Source: a virus. Taken from it: a stretch of DNA of 64,000 nucleotides. The translations under genes and the position numbers were made by a program. Every line of letters starts with the position of its first letter. Position 1 is the stretch's first letter. The stretch is from IMG/VR virus record IMGVR_UViG_3300007177_000055, positions 61,410 through 125,409 of that record. One strand, given 5' to 3'. The notes under the pieces are model-generated. The model was not told where the DNA came from and ran no database searches. It was given only the letters and a program-made list of their open reading frames with translations. Positions 1 to 8,526 of the stretch are shown here, piece by piece.

Positions 1-1
1 C

Positions 2-601
2 GCCAAGCTCACTACCGAAGTTGACGGACAACGTGTACCCCTTGACCGACCATTTATCTTAAAAATTGAGGGTTTAGGTAGCAGTCAACAATCAGCTATC
101 GGTACCGGTCAGTACGACTGGAATGTTGAAACACAAGCTGACACCAACACGTCGATCTTGCCCGCCGGCGAGAAGCTCTATTCGGCCGGAGACTTCTTCA
201 ATTACATCAACGACCCTAGATTCATTGGTATTCGCAACCGAAAGCTAAACAACGGGATGTTGGCTTACCCAGTAGTCACAGAAGTCTACACCGGTAAGCT
301 TAAAGAAGAAAAGAACGGGTCTAAGTACATCCCTGTGTTTCGGCCTGTAACCGATCCTGAAGTAATCGACAACGGTATGGGTTTAAAGCCCCAAGACTGG
401 TTGATGAGTGCTTTGCAAACTTTGCAGTACGAGCGTTCCTTAGTTAACGCTAATGAGCAAGCTTTACCACCCGCTGCAATGTCCGCAGCTTTACCAGTCG
501 CTGTTGAAGAGCCTACAACTAAAACTACAACTAAATCCAAAGCTACTGCAGCTACAGATTACTTAGCTTCCCAAAACTTTGAAGTATTTGGTAAGCCTTA
601 A
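2..601 (+). CDS. hypothetical protein, 5'-truncated by window edge
   Basis: The frame of ORF 158..601 is open back to position 2 (AKLTTEVDGQRVPLDRPF...), so the true start lies upstream of the window; low-complexity T/K/A tail; followed by a terminator. Confidence 0.75.
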   Translation, partial: AKLTTEVDGQRVPLDRPFILKIEGLGSSQQSAIGTGQYDWNVETQADTNTSILPAGEKLYSAGDFFNYINDPRFIGIRNRKLNNGMLAYPVVTEVYTGKLKEEKNGSKYIPVFRPVTDPEVIDNGMGLKPQDWLMSALQTLQYERSLVNANEQALPPAAMSAALPVAVEEPTTKTTTKSKATAATDYLASQNFEVFGKP

Positions 602-613
602 CCCAAATAACTG

Positions 614-634
614 AGGGGGCTTCGGCCCCCTTTT
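614..634 (+). terminator. Rho-independent terminator
   Basis: AGGGGGC-TTCG-GCCCCCT stem with UUCG tetraloop followed by a T-run, just after the stop at 601. Confidence 0.85.
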
Positions 635-637
635 CCA

Positions 638-2107
638 ATGAAACCTACAATCAGCTTCAACGGCTCTGCAGCAGAACTAAGTGGAGTACCTAACTCCACT
701 CACAAAAAGGTTTATGACTTACTGTCTTGGGAAGACTCTAATGTTTCGTATCAGAACTCACGATACAGAAATTCTCGCTGGAGGGAACCAGAAGATCCCA
801 CACGCAGCGCTTATGACCTGAAGACACACCAATTCCCTACTGGTTTAGTACCCAGGGTTTTAGTAAAACTAAAGCAACTAGGTTTTGATCCAGAATTAGT
901 AAAGCAATACGTCAGCATTACCCCCACCGAACCAGAAATCCCTGAGTGGGCTTTTGACCACCAACGAAAAGCCGTAGAACTAGCTTTACAGCACCGTAGG
1001 TGCTTAATACAAGCTCCTGCTGGTTCTGGTAAAACTTACATTTTAGTGTTTATAGCTAGTTGTTTTCCTGAAGCCCAAATACTAATCACTATACACAACT
1101 CAGACATTTTTCTGGGACTACATAAAACTTTCAGTTCCTACTTTGACGAACCCATCGGACAAATTGGTCGTGGTAAAAAGAAATGGGAGCGCATTACTAT
1201 TGGCATGCAAAAGTCTTTAGCATTGTATGCCCAGACCGACTTTGCAGACCCTTTAAGCAAAGTAGACGTATTACTTGGAGACGAAGTTCACCATTTTGGT
1301 TGCGGCGAAGGGTCTAAGATTTCGCTGGCCCTAACCAACACTTCCTATCGTATAGGGGTAAGTGCCACTAAAGATCGAGGTGATGGAGCCGACTTCTTAG
1401 TAGAAGGAGCTTTTGGACCTTTAGCTTTGACCATACCAGAAATGGAAATGGTGAAACTAGGAGTTATACATGCACCTCAAGCGTATTTCTTAAGTGTGCC
1501 GGCTTTAAGCTCAAGTATTACAGCTGTAATTGAACAAGAACACCGTAACAACTTAAGAGAGGGTTACTACCGCAAAGGGATAGTTCAAAACCCTTACCGC
1601 AATGAATTAGCAGTTGACGTAGTGTTAACTTTTTTAAGTTGCTCTACCCGCAGTGGTAACGCTCTCATTTTGGTTGAGCGGCTAGAACATGGATTAGAAA
1701 TCCAACGCTTGTTAGCTGCAGCAGGTAAAAAAGTAGACTTCATTGAAGGTACAAATACTTCAAACGAAGTTCGTAAAGCTCAAATTACAGCTCTAAACAA
1801 TCAAGAGATAGACGCCTTAATAGCAACTTCTATTACTGACGAAGGAGTTGACATCCCGGGTCTAGAACTAGTAGTCAACTTAGCCGGGGGTTCTAGTCAA
1901 CGTGCCATAATACAACGTGCAGGAAGATCAGGCCGAATTGATCGTAAAGGATCTAAAACTAGATCCTTATACATAGATTTTGAGGATCTGGAACCTGCCT
2001 TTCTTCACAAAAACTACCGGAACCGTCAGCAACACTTAAACGCTCGTTTTCCAGGTTGCAGCTCTGTTACTACGCTTGATAAATTGAGATCTATCCTTAA
2101 TGACTAA
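638..2107 (+). CDS. superfamily 2 (DExH) DNA helicase, UvsW/ResIII-like
   Basis: Q-motif (DHQ), Walker A APAGSGKT, Walker B DEVHH, motif III SAT, motif V EGVDIP, motif VI QRAGR. Confidence 0.92.
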   Translation: MKPTISFNGSAAELSGVPNSTHKKVYDLLSWEDSNVSYQNSRYRNSRWREPEDPTRSAYDLKTHQFPTGLVPRVLVKLKQLGFDPELVKQYVSITPTEPEIPEWAFDHQRKAVELALQHRRCLIQAPAGSGKTYILVFIASCFPEAQILITIHNSDIFLGLHKTFSSYFDEPIGQIGRGKKKWERITIGMQKSLALYAQTDFADPLSKVDVLLGDEVHHFGCGEGSKISLALTNTSYRIGVSATKDRGDGADFLVEGAFGPLALTIPEMEMVKLGVIHAPQAYFLSVPALSSSITAVIEQEHRNNLREGYYRKGIVQNPYRNELAVDVVLTFLSCSTRSGNALILVERLEHGLEIQRLLAAAGKKVDFIEGTNTSNEVRKAQITALNNQEIDALIATSITDEGVDIPGLELVVNLAGGSSQRAIIQRAGRSGRIDRKGSKTRSLYIDFEDLEPAFLHKNYRNRQQHLNARFPGCSSVTTLDKLRSILND

Positions 2108-2267
2108 CAAGTTTCCTGGAGCCTCAAGTACACAAGCTGAAGTTCTAGCTCTAATCTTAGAGCACGCGGTAAAAACAGGCCTTTTAAAGGCAAGCGTCAA
2201 CGAAGGGCTGGAGTCAATTCCAGCCCCCGATGAAGTACTACCTAAAAGACAGTATCAGTCACGTTAA
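2100..2267 (+). CDS. small hypothetical protein (55 aa, below ORF-track cutoff)
   Basis: ATG at 2100 overlaps the helicase end; MTNKFPGASSTQAEVLALILEHAVKTGLLK...QSR*. Confidence 0.55.
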   Translation: MTNKFPGASSTQAEVLALILEHAVKTGLLKASVNEGLESIPAPDEVLPKRQYQSR

Positions 2268-2332
2268 ATAATGTAAGTCTCCCTTTTCAAGAACTAAAAG
2301 AAGGTACCATTGAGTAGTATTGATCTATTACT

Positions 2333-2593
2333 ATGTGGTTGCCTCAAAAAGCATACAACGGCAAAAAACCCTCAGCCGTAGCTACTACTACTGTTGGGGT
2401 ATGTGCCAGTCAAGTAGTAGCAGCTTCTTTACTACCACCGCCTTTTCCTTTGTTAGCGTTGCCTATAAGTTTACTGTTAGTACTATGGCTAACATACATG
2501 CCAGCTAAGAAGAAAAATCTAGGTTTACGGCCACCCGAAGCTATACCTACCCTTATGTATGTTGAACCCCCTGTTAATAAGCAGTTTAAGTAA
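2333..2593 (+). CDS. small membrane protein, hypothetical
   Basis: Hydrophobic segment(s) VVAASLLPPPFPLLALPISLLLVLWLTYM followed by basic KKK. Confidence 0.6.
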   Translation: MWLPQKAYNGKKPSAVATTTVGVCASQVVAASLLPPPFPLLALPISLLLVLWLTYMPAKKKNLGLRPPEAIPTLMYVEPPVNKQFK

Positions 2594-2722
2594 TAAACTG
2601 TACAAGTTAACTATTAAAGTGTTGTATTAAATAAGTTTGGTTATACCGAATATATACAAAGCAAAATTGACAGCCTAAATAAACATATAAACTTAACAAG
2701 GTTAACCTTTCATTTCATACTT

Positions 2723-4438
2723 ATGGATCCCCGCTTCCAAGTGGCGCTAATCGCCGCCACGCCCAACCCCCAGCGCTGTGTCTATGCCGCGATGCATCAG
2801 GACTACAGCGAGGGCTATGTGGCCGCCGAACAGCAGCGGTGGCCTGAGGAGGCTGAGGCGGGCGCGATCTGCGTCAAGCGTCTGCTGGCCGGAGAACGAG
2901 GCCACTATGGTTGCTATTCTGCCGATACCGAAGTGCTAACAGATTCGGGATGGGTTTTCTGGCCCGATGTAAAGTCTTATCACAGGCTAGCCGCAGTGCA
3001 ACCCAAACAAGGATTAATCACTTTTGAGACTCCTAGTAGTATTCAAGTTGTAGACTTTGCGGAAGGAGATCACCTGTATGAAGTTAGTTCACAAAAAATT
3101 AACTTTGCCGTAACCTTGGACCATCGAATGGTAGTGTCTACGCGCAAGTCTAATGGCAGTTGGACGGACTGGGAAACAAAACCGGCTTCTGAAGTTATAG
3201 AAAAGTCAGTTCGTTACATGTTAGCGGGAACTCTTGTTGGTCGCTCAATTCCTCTCGACTTTCCCAATGTTGACCCAATAGCAGTATTTAAGCTGGCAGG
3301 CTTCTTTTTTGGAGATGGATGTCGTTCTAAAAATGAAAATCCTACTACAGTACGATTTAGGCTACGAAAAAAAAGAAAAATTGACTACTTACATAGCTTA
3401 GGTTTTGATGTTAAGGCGGGAAAAGGCGACTGCTTTACAGTTAATGAGCCGCAGTTAGCCTGTTGGATCAATAAGCACTTTTCTAGTTTGACCGGAAAAG
3501 TGATTCCATCTTTTATCATGCACTTGCCAAGGCATTTATTTGATGCGTTTACCGATGGACTAATGAATAGCGATGGAAGCCTAAAAAGAAATACGTGGTG
3601 TTACGACTCAAAGGAAAAAGAGTCGCTAGACATACTGCAAGCAGCTTTTCATTTAAACGGTTGCCTTGCATCTCTTTCCCTTAACAACCCCAATACCGGA
3701 GTTGGCCATGAAAATCATGCTCCATGCTGGAGGCTGCACATTTCTTCTGGCAATCCCGTGGCTAGATCCGAGTTTAATCAATTAGGTAGAACAAGGGGTC
3801 AGTCAGGTCTTGTTTCTTACAGTGGCAAAGTATATTGTGCTACAGTTTCAACTGGCGCACTTTTGGTCAGGAGGAACGGAAAACCAATCGTGCTAGGCAA
3901 TTGCCTAGAGCATGCCCAAATTACGCTTAACGCTGGCTGGTTTCCTCACTCTGTAATGCAGCAAGCCCGCACACACCGCGTCGGCATTTCGTTTGACTGT
4001 CAATCCATGCGCTATACAGGCGACCGCATCGTCAAAGCAGCTAAGAGTGAGCTAGAACTAGAAGAAGTATTCTATTTGCGGCCCGTGGGTAACTATCAAG
4101 ACCGTCAAGGTAAAAAGTACTACTATTCTGCTGAAGAGCGTACTAAAGACTTGGCGCTCTGCCTAACCGCAGCACAACGTTACGGTGAGTTAATCAGCCT
4201 AGGATATGCAGAAGAGCATGCCCGTGGCATTTTGCCCTTTGATTACCGCCAGCACTTCGTGGTCAGCTTCAGTTTACGGGCTTTTATGCACTTCTTAGAC
4301 CTACGTGCCAAACTCGACGCTCAACTAGAAATCCGCCAACTTTGTGAATTAATGTTTCCACATCTGGAAGTATGGGTTCCTCAGTTTGCTGAATGGTACA
4401 AAACCAGCCGTTATGGCAAGGCAAGGTTAGCTCCATAA
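2723..4438 (+). CDS. thyX: FAD-dependent thymidylate synthase ThyX (cyanobacterial type), intein-containing; about 241 aa after splicing
   Basis: GERGHYG|CLEH, QARTHRVGISFDCQSMRY ThyX motif, EEHARGILP, AQLEIR, C-terminal ARLAP. Confidence 0.95.
   Translation: MDPRFQVALIAATPNPQRCVYAAMHQDYSEGYVAAEQQRWPEEAEAGAICVKRLLAGERGHYGCYSADTEVLTDSGWVFWPDVKSYHRLAAVQPKQGLITFETPSSIQVVDFAEGDHLYEVSSQKINFAVTLDHRMVVSTRKSNGSWTDWETKPASEVIEKSVRYMLAGTLVGRSIPLDFPNVDPIAVFKLAGFFFGDGCRSKNENPTTVRFRLRKKRKIDYLHSLGFDVKAGKGDCFTVNEPQLACWINKHFSSLTGKVIPSFIMHLPRHLFDAFTDGLMNSDGSLKRNTWCYDSKEKESLDILQAAFHLNGCLASLSLNNPNTGVGHENHAPCWRLHISSGNPVARSEFNQLGRTRGQSGLVSYSGKVYCATVSTGALLVRRNGKPIVLGNCLEHAQITLNAGWFPHSVMQQARTHRVGISFDCQSMRYTGDRIVKAAKSELELEEVFYLRPVGNYQDRQGKKYYYSAEERTKDLALCLTAAQRYGELISLGYAEEHARGILPFDYRQHFVVSFSLRAFMHFLDLRAKLDAQLEIRQLCELMFPHLEVWVPQFAEWYKTSRYGKARLAP
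2912..3901 (+). mobile_element. intein with LAGLIDADG homing endonuclease in ThyX (330 aa)
   Basis: Starts CYSADTEVLT; block B VTLDHRM; LAGFFFGDG and FTDGLMNSDG; ends VYCATVSTG...VLGN with Cys as +1 extein residue. Confidence 0.93.
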
Positions 4439-4445
4439 AAATTGC

Positions 4446-4640
4446 ATGAGCGCCACAGTAAAAATCCCCGGCTGGGGGCTTAACTCCGTTAGGAACTCAG
4501 CCACCAACTTAGAAGAAAAGAAAGGACTGATTTCTCTAGAAGAAAGTGAAGCTAATTTGTGGGCTGGCCTAAAAGAAGTTTACTCTTACAAAGGGCGCAT
4601 CATCTATCGCGACACCAACACTATCCAAGAGGGCACATGA
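4446..4640 (+). CDS. hypothetical protein
   Basis: 64-aa ORF, ATGA-coupled to the next ORF. Confidence 0.5.
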   Translation: MSATVKIPGWGLNSVRNSATNLEEKKGLISLEESEANLWAGLKEVYSYKGRIIYRDTNTIQEGT

Positions 4641-4867
4641 CCACACCAGCGGCTGGCATTGCTGCTGGACTGGATGTTTGGCACGGTGCTCCCAATTCTG
4701 CAACCGTTGGCGGACAGGCATGGGTTTGGGAGGCAATGGTTCGACATGAGCCGCCAGCGAACAAAAATGCGGCACAGGCGGCGGCATGGGCGGCGGCAAG
4801 GGCGGTAGAGGCGTGGGCTGAGCTTGACCCTTGCGGATTGCTTCTAAAACTAATTGAGCTGCCATGA
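4637..4867 (+). CDS. hypothetical protein with AAWAAA low-complexity segment
   Basis: ATGA-overlap start at 4637 inside ORF 4559..4867; GC-rich. Confidence 0.45.
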   Translation: MTTPAAGIAAGLDVWHGAPNSATVGGQAWVWEAMVRHEPPANKNAAQAAAWAAARAVEAWAELDPCGLLLKLIELP

Positions 4868-4978
4868 AAAACAGCGCTTTTGTTTTTTACGTGTTGGAGT
4901 AACTATTATTTGGTTGATTGCAAGATTAGTTGCCGCTTTATTGCTACGGAAAGCCCACCAACTTTTACAAAATCACAA

Positions 4979-5296
4979 ATGACTGATTTTCATGAACTTC
5001 CGGTTTGGCCTCAAAGCCAACAATCATTGCAAGAGCAAATAGAAACCCTTGTGCAAGTTGCTAACCGGCTTGGTCTTTACGACGCTGCCGATGCCGTTTG
5101 TCAGCTAATACCTCGTCTTAGCGAGGTCAAATATGGTTGTCATGTTGACCTTGATCCAGGAATGGAGCCTGACGGTTGCGTCATTGATGAGGGGCGACTA
5201 CAAGATTGTATTTACGCTAAGCCTGAAATGAGAAAAGAACAGTGTAAATATTGGAGAGTTATCAAACCCACGCCTACTAAGAACACAAATGACTGA
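4979..5296 (+). CDS. hypothetical phage protein, Cys-rich C-terminal module
   Basis: Likely ATG at 4979 inside ORF 4880..5296; GCHVDL...GCVID...DCIYA...EQCKYW. Confidence 0.65.
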   Translation: MTDFHELPVWPQSQQSLQEQIETLVQVANRLGLYDAADAVCQLIPRLSEVKYGCHVDLDPGMEPDGCVIDEGRLQDCIYAKPEMRKEQCKYWRVIKPTPTKNTND

Positions 5297-5699
5297 CACA
5301 AAAACTGCTGCCGAAGCCTCTCTAATCCTGGCTAACATCATCCGCCAAGTCGATCCCCGCAACGACCTGAGCCCGGAAAAGCTGGCAGAGGCCATTCTGG
5401 GCCACTTTGGCAGTTGCTGGGGGCCTGCAATGCCGCCCGACGAAGAAGAGGTAGCTGATCTGGTGGCTGCACTAAATGCAGATGCAGACTGTGTTGAGGT
5501 TGAGGGTTATAACCTCTGTAACATTACGGCTGAGCAAATGCGTCGCATTGCCGAGTTGCTCCAGCAGCGCCACCCCACGCCAGTAGCGGTGAGTGAGCGC
5601 CTGCCGGGACCGAAGGATTCATGGGACTGGGCTAAAGGAGCTACTTATTGGCTGCCCTTCCACGCCCTGCCGCTGCCTGCGTGGGAGGGGCAGTCATGA
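5289..5699 (+). CDS. hypothetical phage protein (PVAVSERLP...W.PF.ALPLP C-terminal module)
   Basis: ORF overlaps both neighbours; C-terminus resembles the DUF551-like SERLP module of small phage accessory ORFs. Confidence 0.65.
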   Translation: MTDTKTAAEASLILANIIRQVDPRNDLSPEKLAEAILGHFGSCWGPAMPPDEEEVADLVAALNADADCVEVEGYNLCNITAEQMRRIAELLQQRHPTPVAVSERLPGPKDSWDWAKGATYWLPFHALPLPAWEGQS

Positions 5700-5983
5700 G
5701 CCGCCCTCCGCTTCACATTGCCATGACCCACCAACCGAAGACAACGACAGTACCAATGAAGGACACCCCCGCCGCCCAAGCTAGGAAGTTGATACTGGCC
5801 TACCGAAAGGCAGCCGACGAGGTTCCGCATCGTGCCGGCCTCGCCGCCGCCCTGCGCGACGCCGCAGATCAGGTGGTGCCGGAGGGCGGAGTTTTCCTCT
5901 CGACCGCTAGCGCACCCCGCATCCGCCGCGACCTACTTGCCATCGCCGCCGCCCTGGAGCGGCAGTCATGAGCCGCCCTCCGC
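5684..5983. repeat. 28-bp direct repeat (1 mismatch) at 5684-5711 and 5956-5983
   Basis: GGAG(G/C)GGCAGTCATGAGCCGCCCTCCGC occurs twice; each copy contains an RBS-like GGAG and an ATGA stop/start junction. Confidence 0.9.
5696..5971 (+). CDS. hypothetical phage protein (LAAALR.AADQVVP family), GC-rich
   Basis: ATGA-coupled start at 5696 within ORF 5648..5971; bounded by the direct repeat. Confidence 0.65.
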   Translation: MSRPPLHIAMTHQPKTTTVPMKDTPAAQARKLILAYRKAADEVPHRAGLAAALRDAADQVVPEGGVFLSTASAPRIRRDLLAIAAALERQS

Positions 5984-6031
5984 GCAGGCGGTGGTTGACA
6001 ACATTCGTGACATGTCACAAGTTAAGAAATC

Positions 6032-6232
6032 ATGACCACTCCATCCCTCCCCTACGATGTCCAACGTTGTCTTGGCGACGGCTACGACGAAGATGGCGTG
6101 ATCGAATGGCGCGAAGGTTGCAAAATCTGCCTTAGGCGTACATCTCCGCCGCATCCTGATCCATCACGCCAGCGGTGGATCTCACCACCGCAGATCATTA
6201 TTTTTGAATGTGAGCATCTAATTGAACCATGA
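6032..6232 (+). CDS. small Cys-rich hypothetical protein
   Basis: DVQRCLG...GCKICLRR...FECEHLI; ATGA overlaps at both ends. Confidence 0.6.
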   Translation: MTTPSLPYDVQRCLGDGYDEDGVIEWREGCKICLRRTSPPHPDPSRQRWISPPQIIIFECEHLIEP

Positions 6233-6402
6233 AAAAACTCAGCAAATCAAAACAGGCGCTTCTAAAGCGTGCATTTGTTGCAGACATGAATTCTGCAGAT
6301 TTGTGGGAGCGAAGGTTGGTGCCGTGATCAAGATCACACCAGACTGTGGAAAACTTGGTAATTTCTATTGGTCAAACACGACAAAGCAACGCTTTTATTG
6401 CA

Positions 6403-6579
6403 ATGGACATCAAAGAAATGCAAGCCAAAAAAGCTGCACTTGAAAGTAAAATTTCTAACATGTTACTTGAGTTTACCCGGGAAACAAAAGCTAAAGTAGA
6501 CCTTATTTATGTAGATGTTGTAGTAGAAAGGGATAATAAGCCAGTTGCCTACTTAGTTGATCTAAACCTTGTTCCATGA
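6403..6579 (+). CDS. hypothetical protein
   Basis: Likely ATG at 6403 (MDIKEMQAKKAALESKI...) within ORF 6346..6579. Confidence 0.55.
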   Translation: MDIKEMQAKKAALESKISNMLLEFTRETKAKVDLIYVDVVVERDNKPVAYLVDLNLVP

Positions 6580-6594
6580 ACTTTTTACTAAGAG

Positions 6595-6693
6595 ATGAAC
6601 CCAAACCTTAACACTCTCTTAGTACTCAATGCTTTTCAAAGCTGTATCCTAATCTGGAGTATTGCTATTGTTTTAAACCTTTTTTCTACCTAA
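6595..6693 (+). CDS. possible 32-aa membrane peptide
   Basis: MNPNLNTLLVLNAFQSCILIWSIAIVLNLFST*; single hydrophobic helix. Confidence 0.35.
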   Translation: MNPNLNTLLVLNAFQSCILIWSIAIVLNLFST

Positions 6694-6730
6694 CACTTAA
6701 AGTAGCTAACCGTCGCGGTCCTTCAAACCT

Positions 6731-7177
6731 ATGGACAGGCATGTGCCCAGCGATACAGAAAACTTGCAGATGCTGAGATCAGAAGTATCTCAGCTGAAGT
6801 ACGAAGTATCTCAGCTAGATCAAGGCAACAACTTGGTTTTCTCGCAGAACAAGGCTTTAGCCGCGTCATTATTGCCGATGCAATCGGCAGTATCGCAGAT
6901 GCAGTATTAGAATGTGACTAGTAGGTATCACAGTTTTGATCTATGTCGAAAAAAAGTAACAACCGAGACAGACTTAACCAAGACATGGCAAGAGCTGGAG
7001 CAGAAAGTAGAATCTCAGAACAAAGAAATCTCCTCATTGCTGCAATCAATGAGGCAAGAGAGGGAAGAGATAAAACAAGAAAGTAAGCAAAGACAGCAAG
7101 AGCTATCTTCTGCTGTATTGCGGATGGAAAACGCACTCTCTCGGTTAAAAGCTAGCGGCTGCTCCCTATTTAGTTAA
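6731..7177 (+). pseudogene. coiled-coil protein apparently interrupted by an in-frame TAG at 6908-6910
   Basis: The ATG 6731 frame (…SEVSQLKYEVSQLD…) continues after one TAG straight into ORF 6914..7177. Confidence 0.45.
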
Positions 7178-7465
7178 ATGGATCAAAACTCAGTTAGAGA
7201 AGCAAACATAAACGAACAACTTACTTTTAATGAGCGCTGGGAATCTGTATTTCCAAGAGGCCCTGGGTTAATTAGACCTCAAAGGACCTGTTTTAACCCA
7301 AACGGATCCGTAGAACTAAATGTCTGTAGTTGGGTTGACTCAACCCATTTTCAAAACCCAAAGACTTTCCCAGACTGGAAAGCAGTTTCTGATAAAGACC
7401 TAGCCGACTACTATTTAGAATCCTGCATATTATACGTATCCACTGAGTTTAAACAGGAAATATGA
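7178..7465 (+). CDS. hypothetical protein
   Basis: 95-aa ORF in a tightly packed + strand run. Confidence 0.6.
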   Translation: MDQNSVREANINEQLTFNERWESVFPRGPGLIRPQRTCFNPNGSVELNVCSWVDSTHFQNPKTFPDWKAVSDKDLADYYLESCILYVSTEFKQEI

Positions 7466-7713
7466 TAGACAAACAAACCACCGAAGTCTTGTTTAATACT
7501 TTTGGAAAAGCTCTAGACAATGGCAAAAACTACCGCCAGGCTTTAGGTACGTTTACCAAGGCTCTAGCTGACTTAGTTATACCCTGTGAGCCTCGCCCTG
7601 AAGTTTCACAAATGACTAGTCAAGAAGACATTAACGAATGGTCTCTTGCTCAGTCTTACCGCAATGAAATCTTACAAATAGCTGCTTTGCTAAGTCCGCC
7701 TTATAGAGAGTAA
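7462..7713 (+). CDS. hypothetical protein
   Basis: ATGA-coupled 83-aa ORF; ALADLVIP...RNEILQIAALL distantly resembles the C-terminus of 5696..5971. Confidence 0.6.
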   Translation: MIDKQTTEVLFNTFGKALDNGKNYRQALGTFTKALADLVIPCEPRPEVSQMTSQEDINEWSLAQSYRNEILQIAALLSPPYRE

Positions 7714-7715
7714 TT

Positions 7716-8087
7716 ATGGAAAGTTCTACACAAGAAATACCAGAGCCCAGGCCAATTTACTTAATAGCTGTAGTAGTAGGAAACAACGAATACAACACTA
7801 CATTTGTAGAACTCCTGGAAAGTATTAACAGGGTATTAATGTGGCGTGAACTACCTTCAACAGCGTTTGTAGAGGACTTAATTAGGTCAAGCATACATTT
7901 TCATTACTTAGGCTTCCAAGTGTCTGAAGAGCAGCAACTTGGAAACGTAGTGCAAACAGTTGAGCATTTACAAAAAAACGTAAAAGTGCTGTTCAACAAA
8001 GAAGCTGAAAAAGACATAGAAACTCAAGATCACGGCTACGGAGCTTGGTATCTAGAAGTAAACAGCGGTGAGATTTACGATTACTAG
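7716..8087 (+). CDS. hypothetical protein
   Basis: 123-aa ORF, 2 nt after the previous stop. Confidence 0.65.
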   Translation: MESSTQEIPEPRPIYLIAVVVGNNEYNTTFVELLESINRVLMWRELPSTAFVEDLIRSSIHFHYLGFQVSEEQQLGNVVQTVEHLQKNVKVLFNKEAEKDIETQDHGYGAWYLEVNSGEIYDY

Positions 8088-8095
8088 ACCAAATT

Positions 8096-8526
8096 ATGAC
8101 TAGAGGTTACGCCGGTATAGGGCTATACCAGCCTAAAGCACCACAAAATGTAGGCGGTGTGCTCAGAGCAGCTTATTGCTATAACGCTGCTTTTGTAGCA
8201 CAAAGCGGTATTCGTTACGAAGGTAGCGTTTTAGACACTGCCAAAGCCTACCGACACTTACCGTGTTTACGGTAAGTGATTTGTTAGACGTACTGCCCTA
8301 CGAATGCGTACCGGTAGCAGTCGATCTGTTACCTAAAGCCTGTAGCCTATTTAACTATACACACCCAGAAAGAGCTTTTTATCTGTTTGGTCCTGAAGAC
8401 AGAACCCTGCCAGAAGAAATAGTAAAACGTTGTCGAGACCTAATATACATACCTACTAGTTTTTGCATGAACTTAGCAGCCACCGTCAATGTTGTTCTTT
8501 ATGACCGCTTATCAAAAAGTGCTTAG
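8096..8526 (+). pseudogene. SpoU/TrmH-family (SPOUT) RNA methyltransferase, frameshifted at about 8262
   Basis: N-half MTRGYAGIGLYQPKAPQNVGGVLRAA...AYRHLP stops at 8275; C-half in the -1 frame has YLFGPED, IYIPT..CMNLAATVNVVLYDR SPOUT motifs. Confidence 0.85.

Noticed and set aside
2667-2693. TTGACA -35 box upstream of thyX
   Set aside because: The best -10 candidates lie at 13-15 nt spacing rather than about 17; the region is probably a promoter but this pairing is not supported
8227-8278. Programmed -1 frameshift in the SpoU gene
   Set aside because: There is no X XXY YYZ heptamer 5-9 nt before the hairpin, and family-like residues stay in frame 0 up to the hairpin itself
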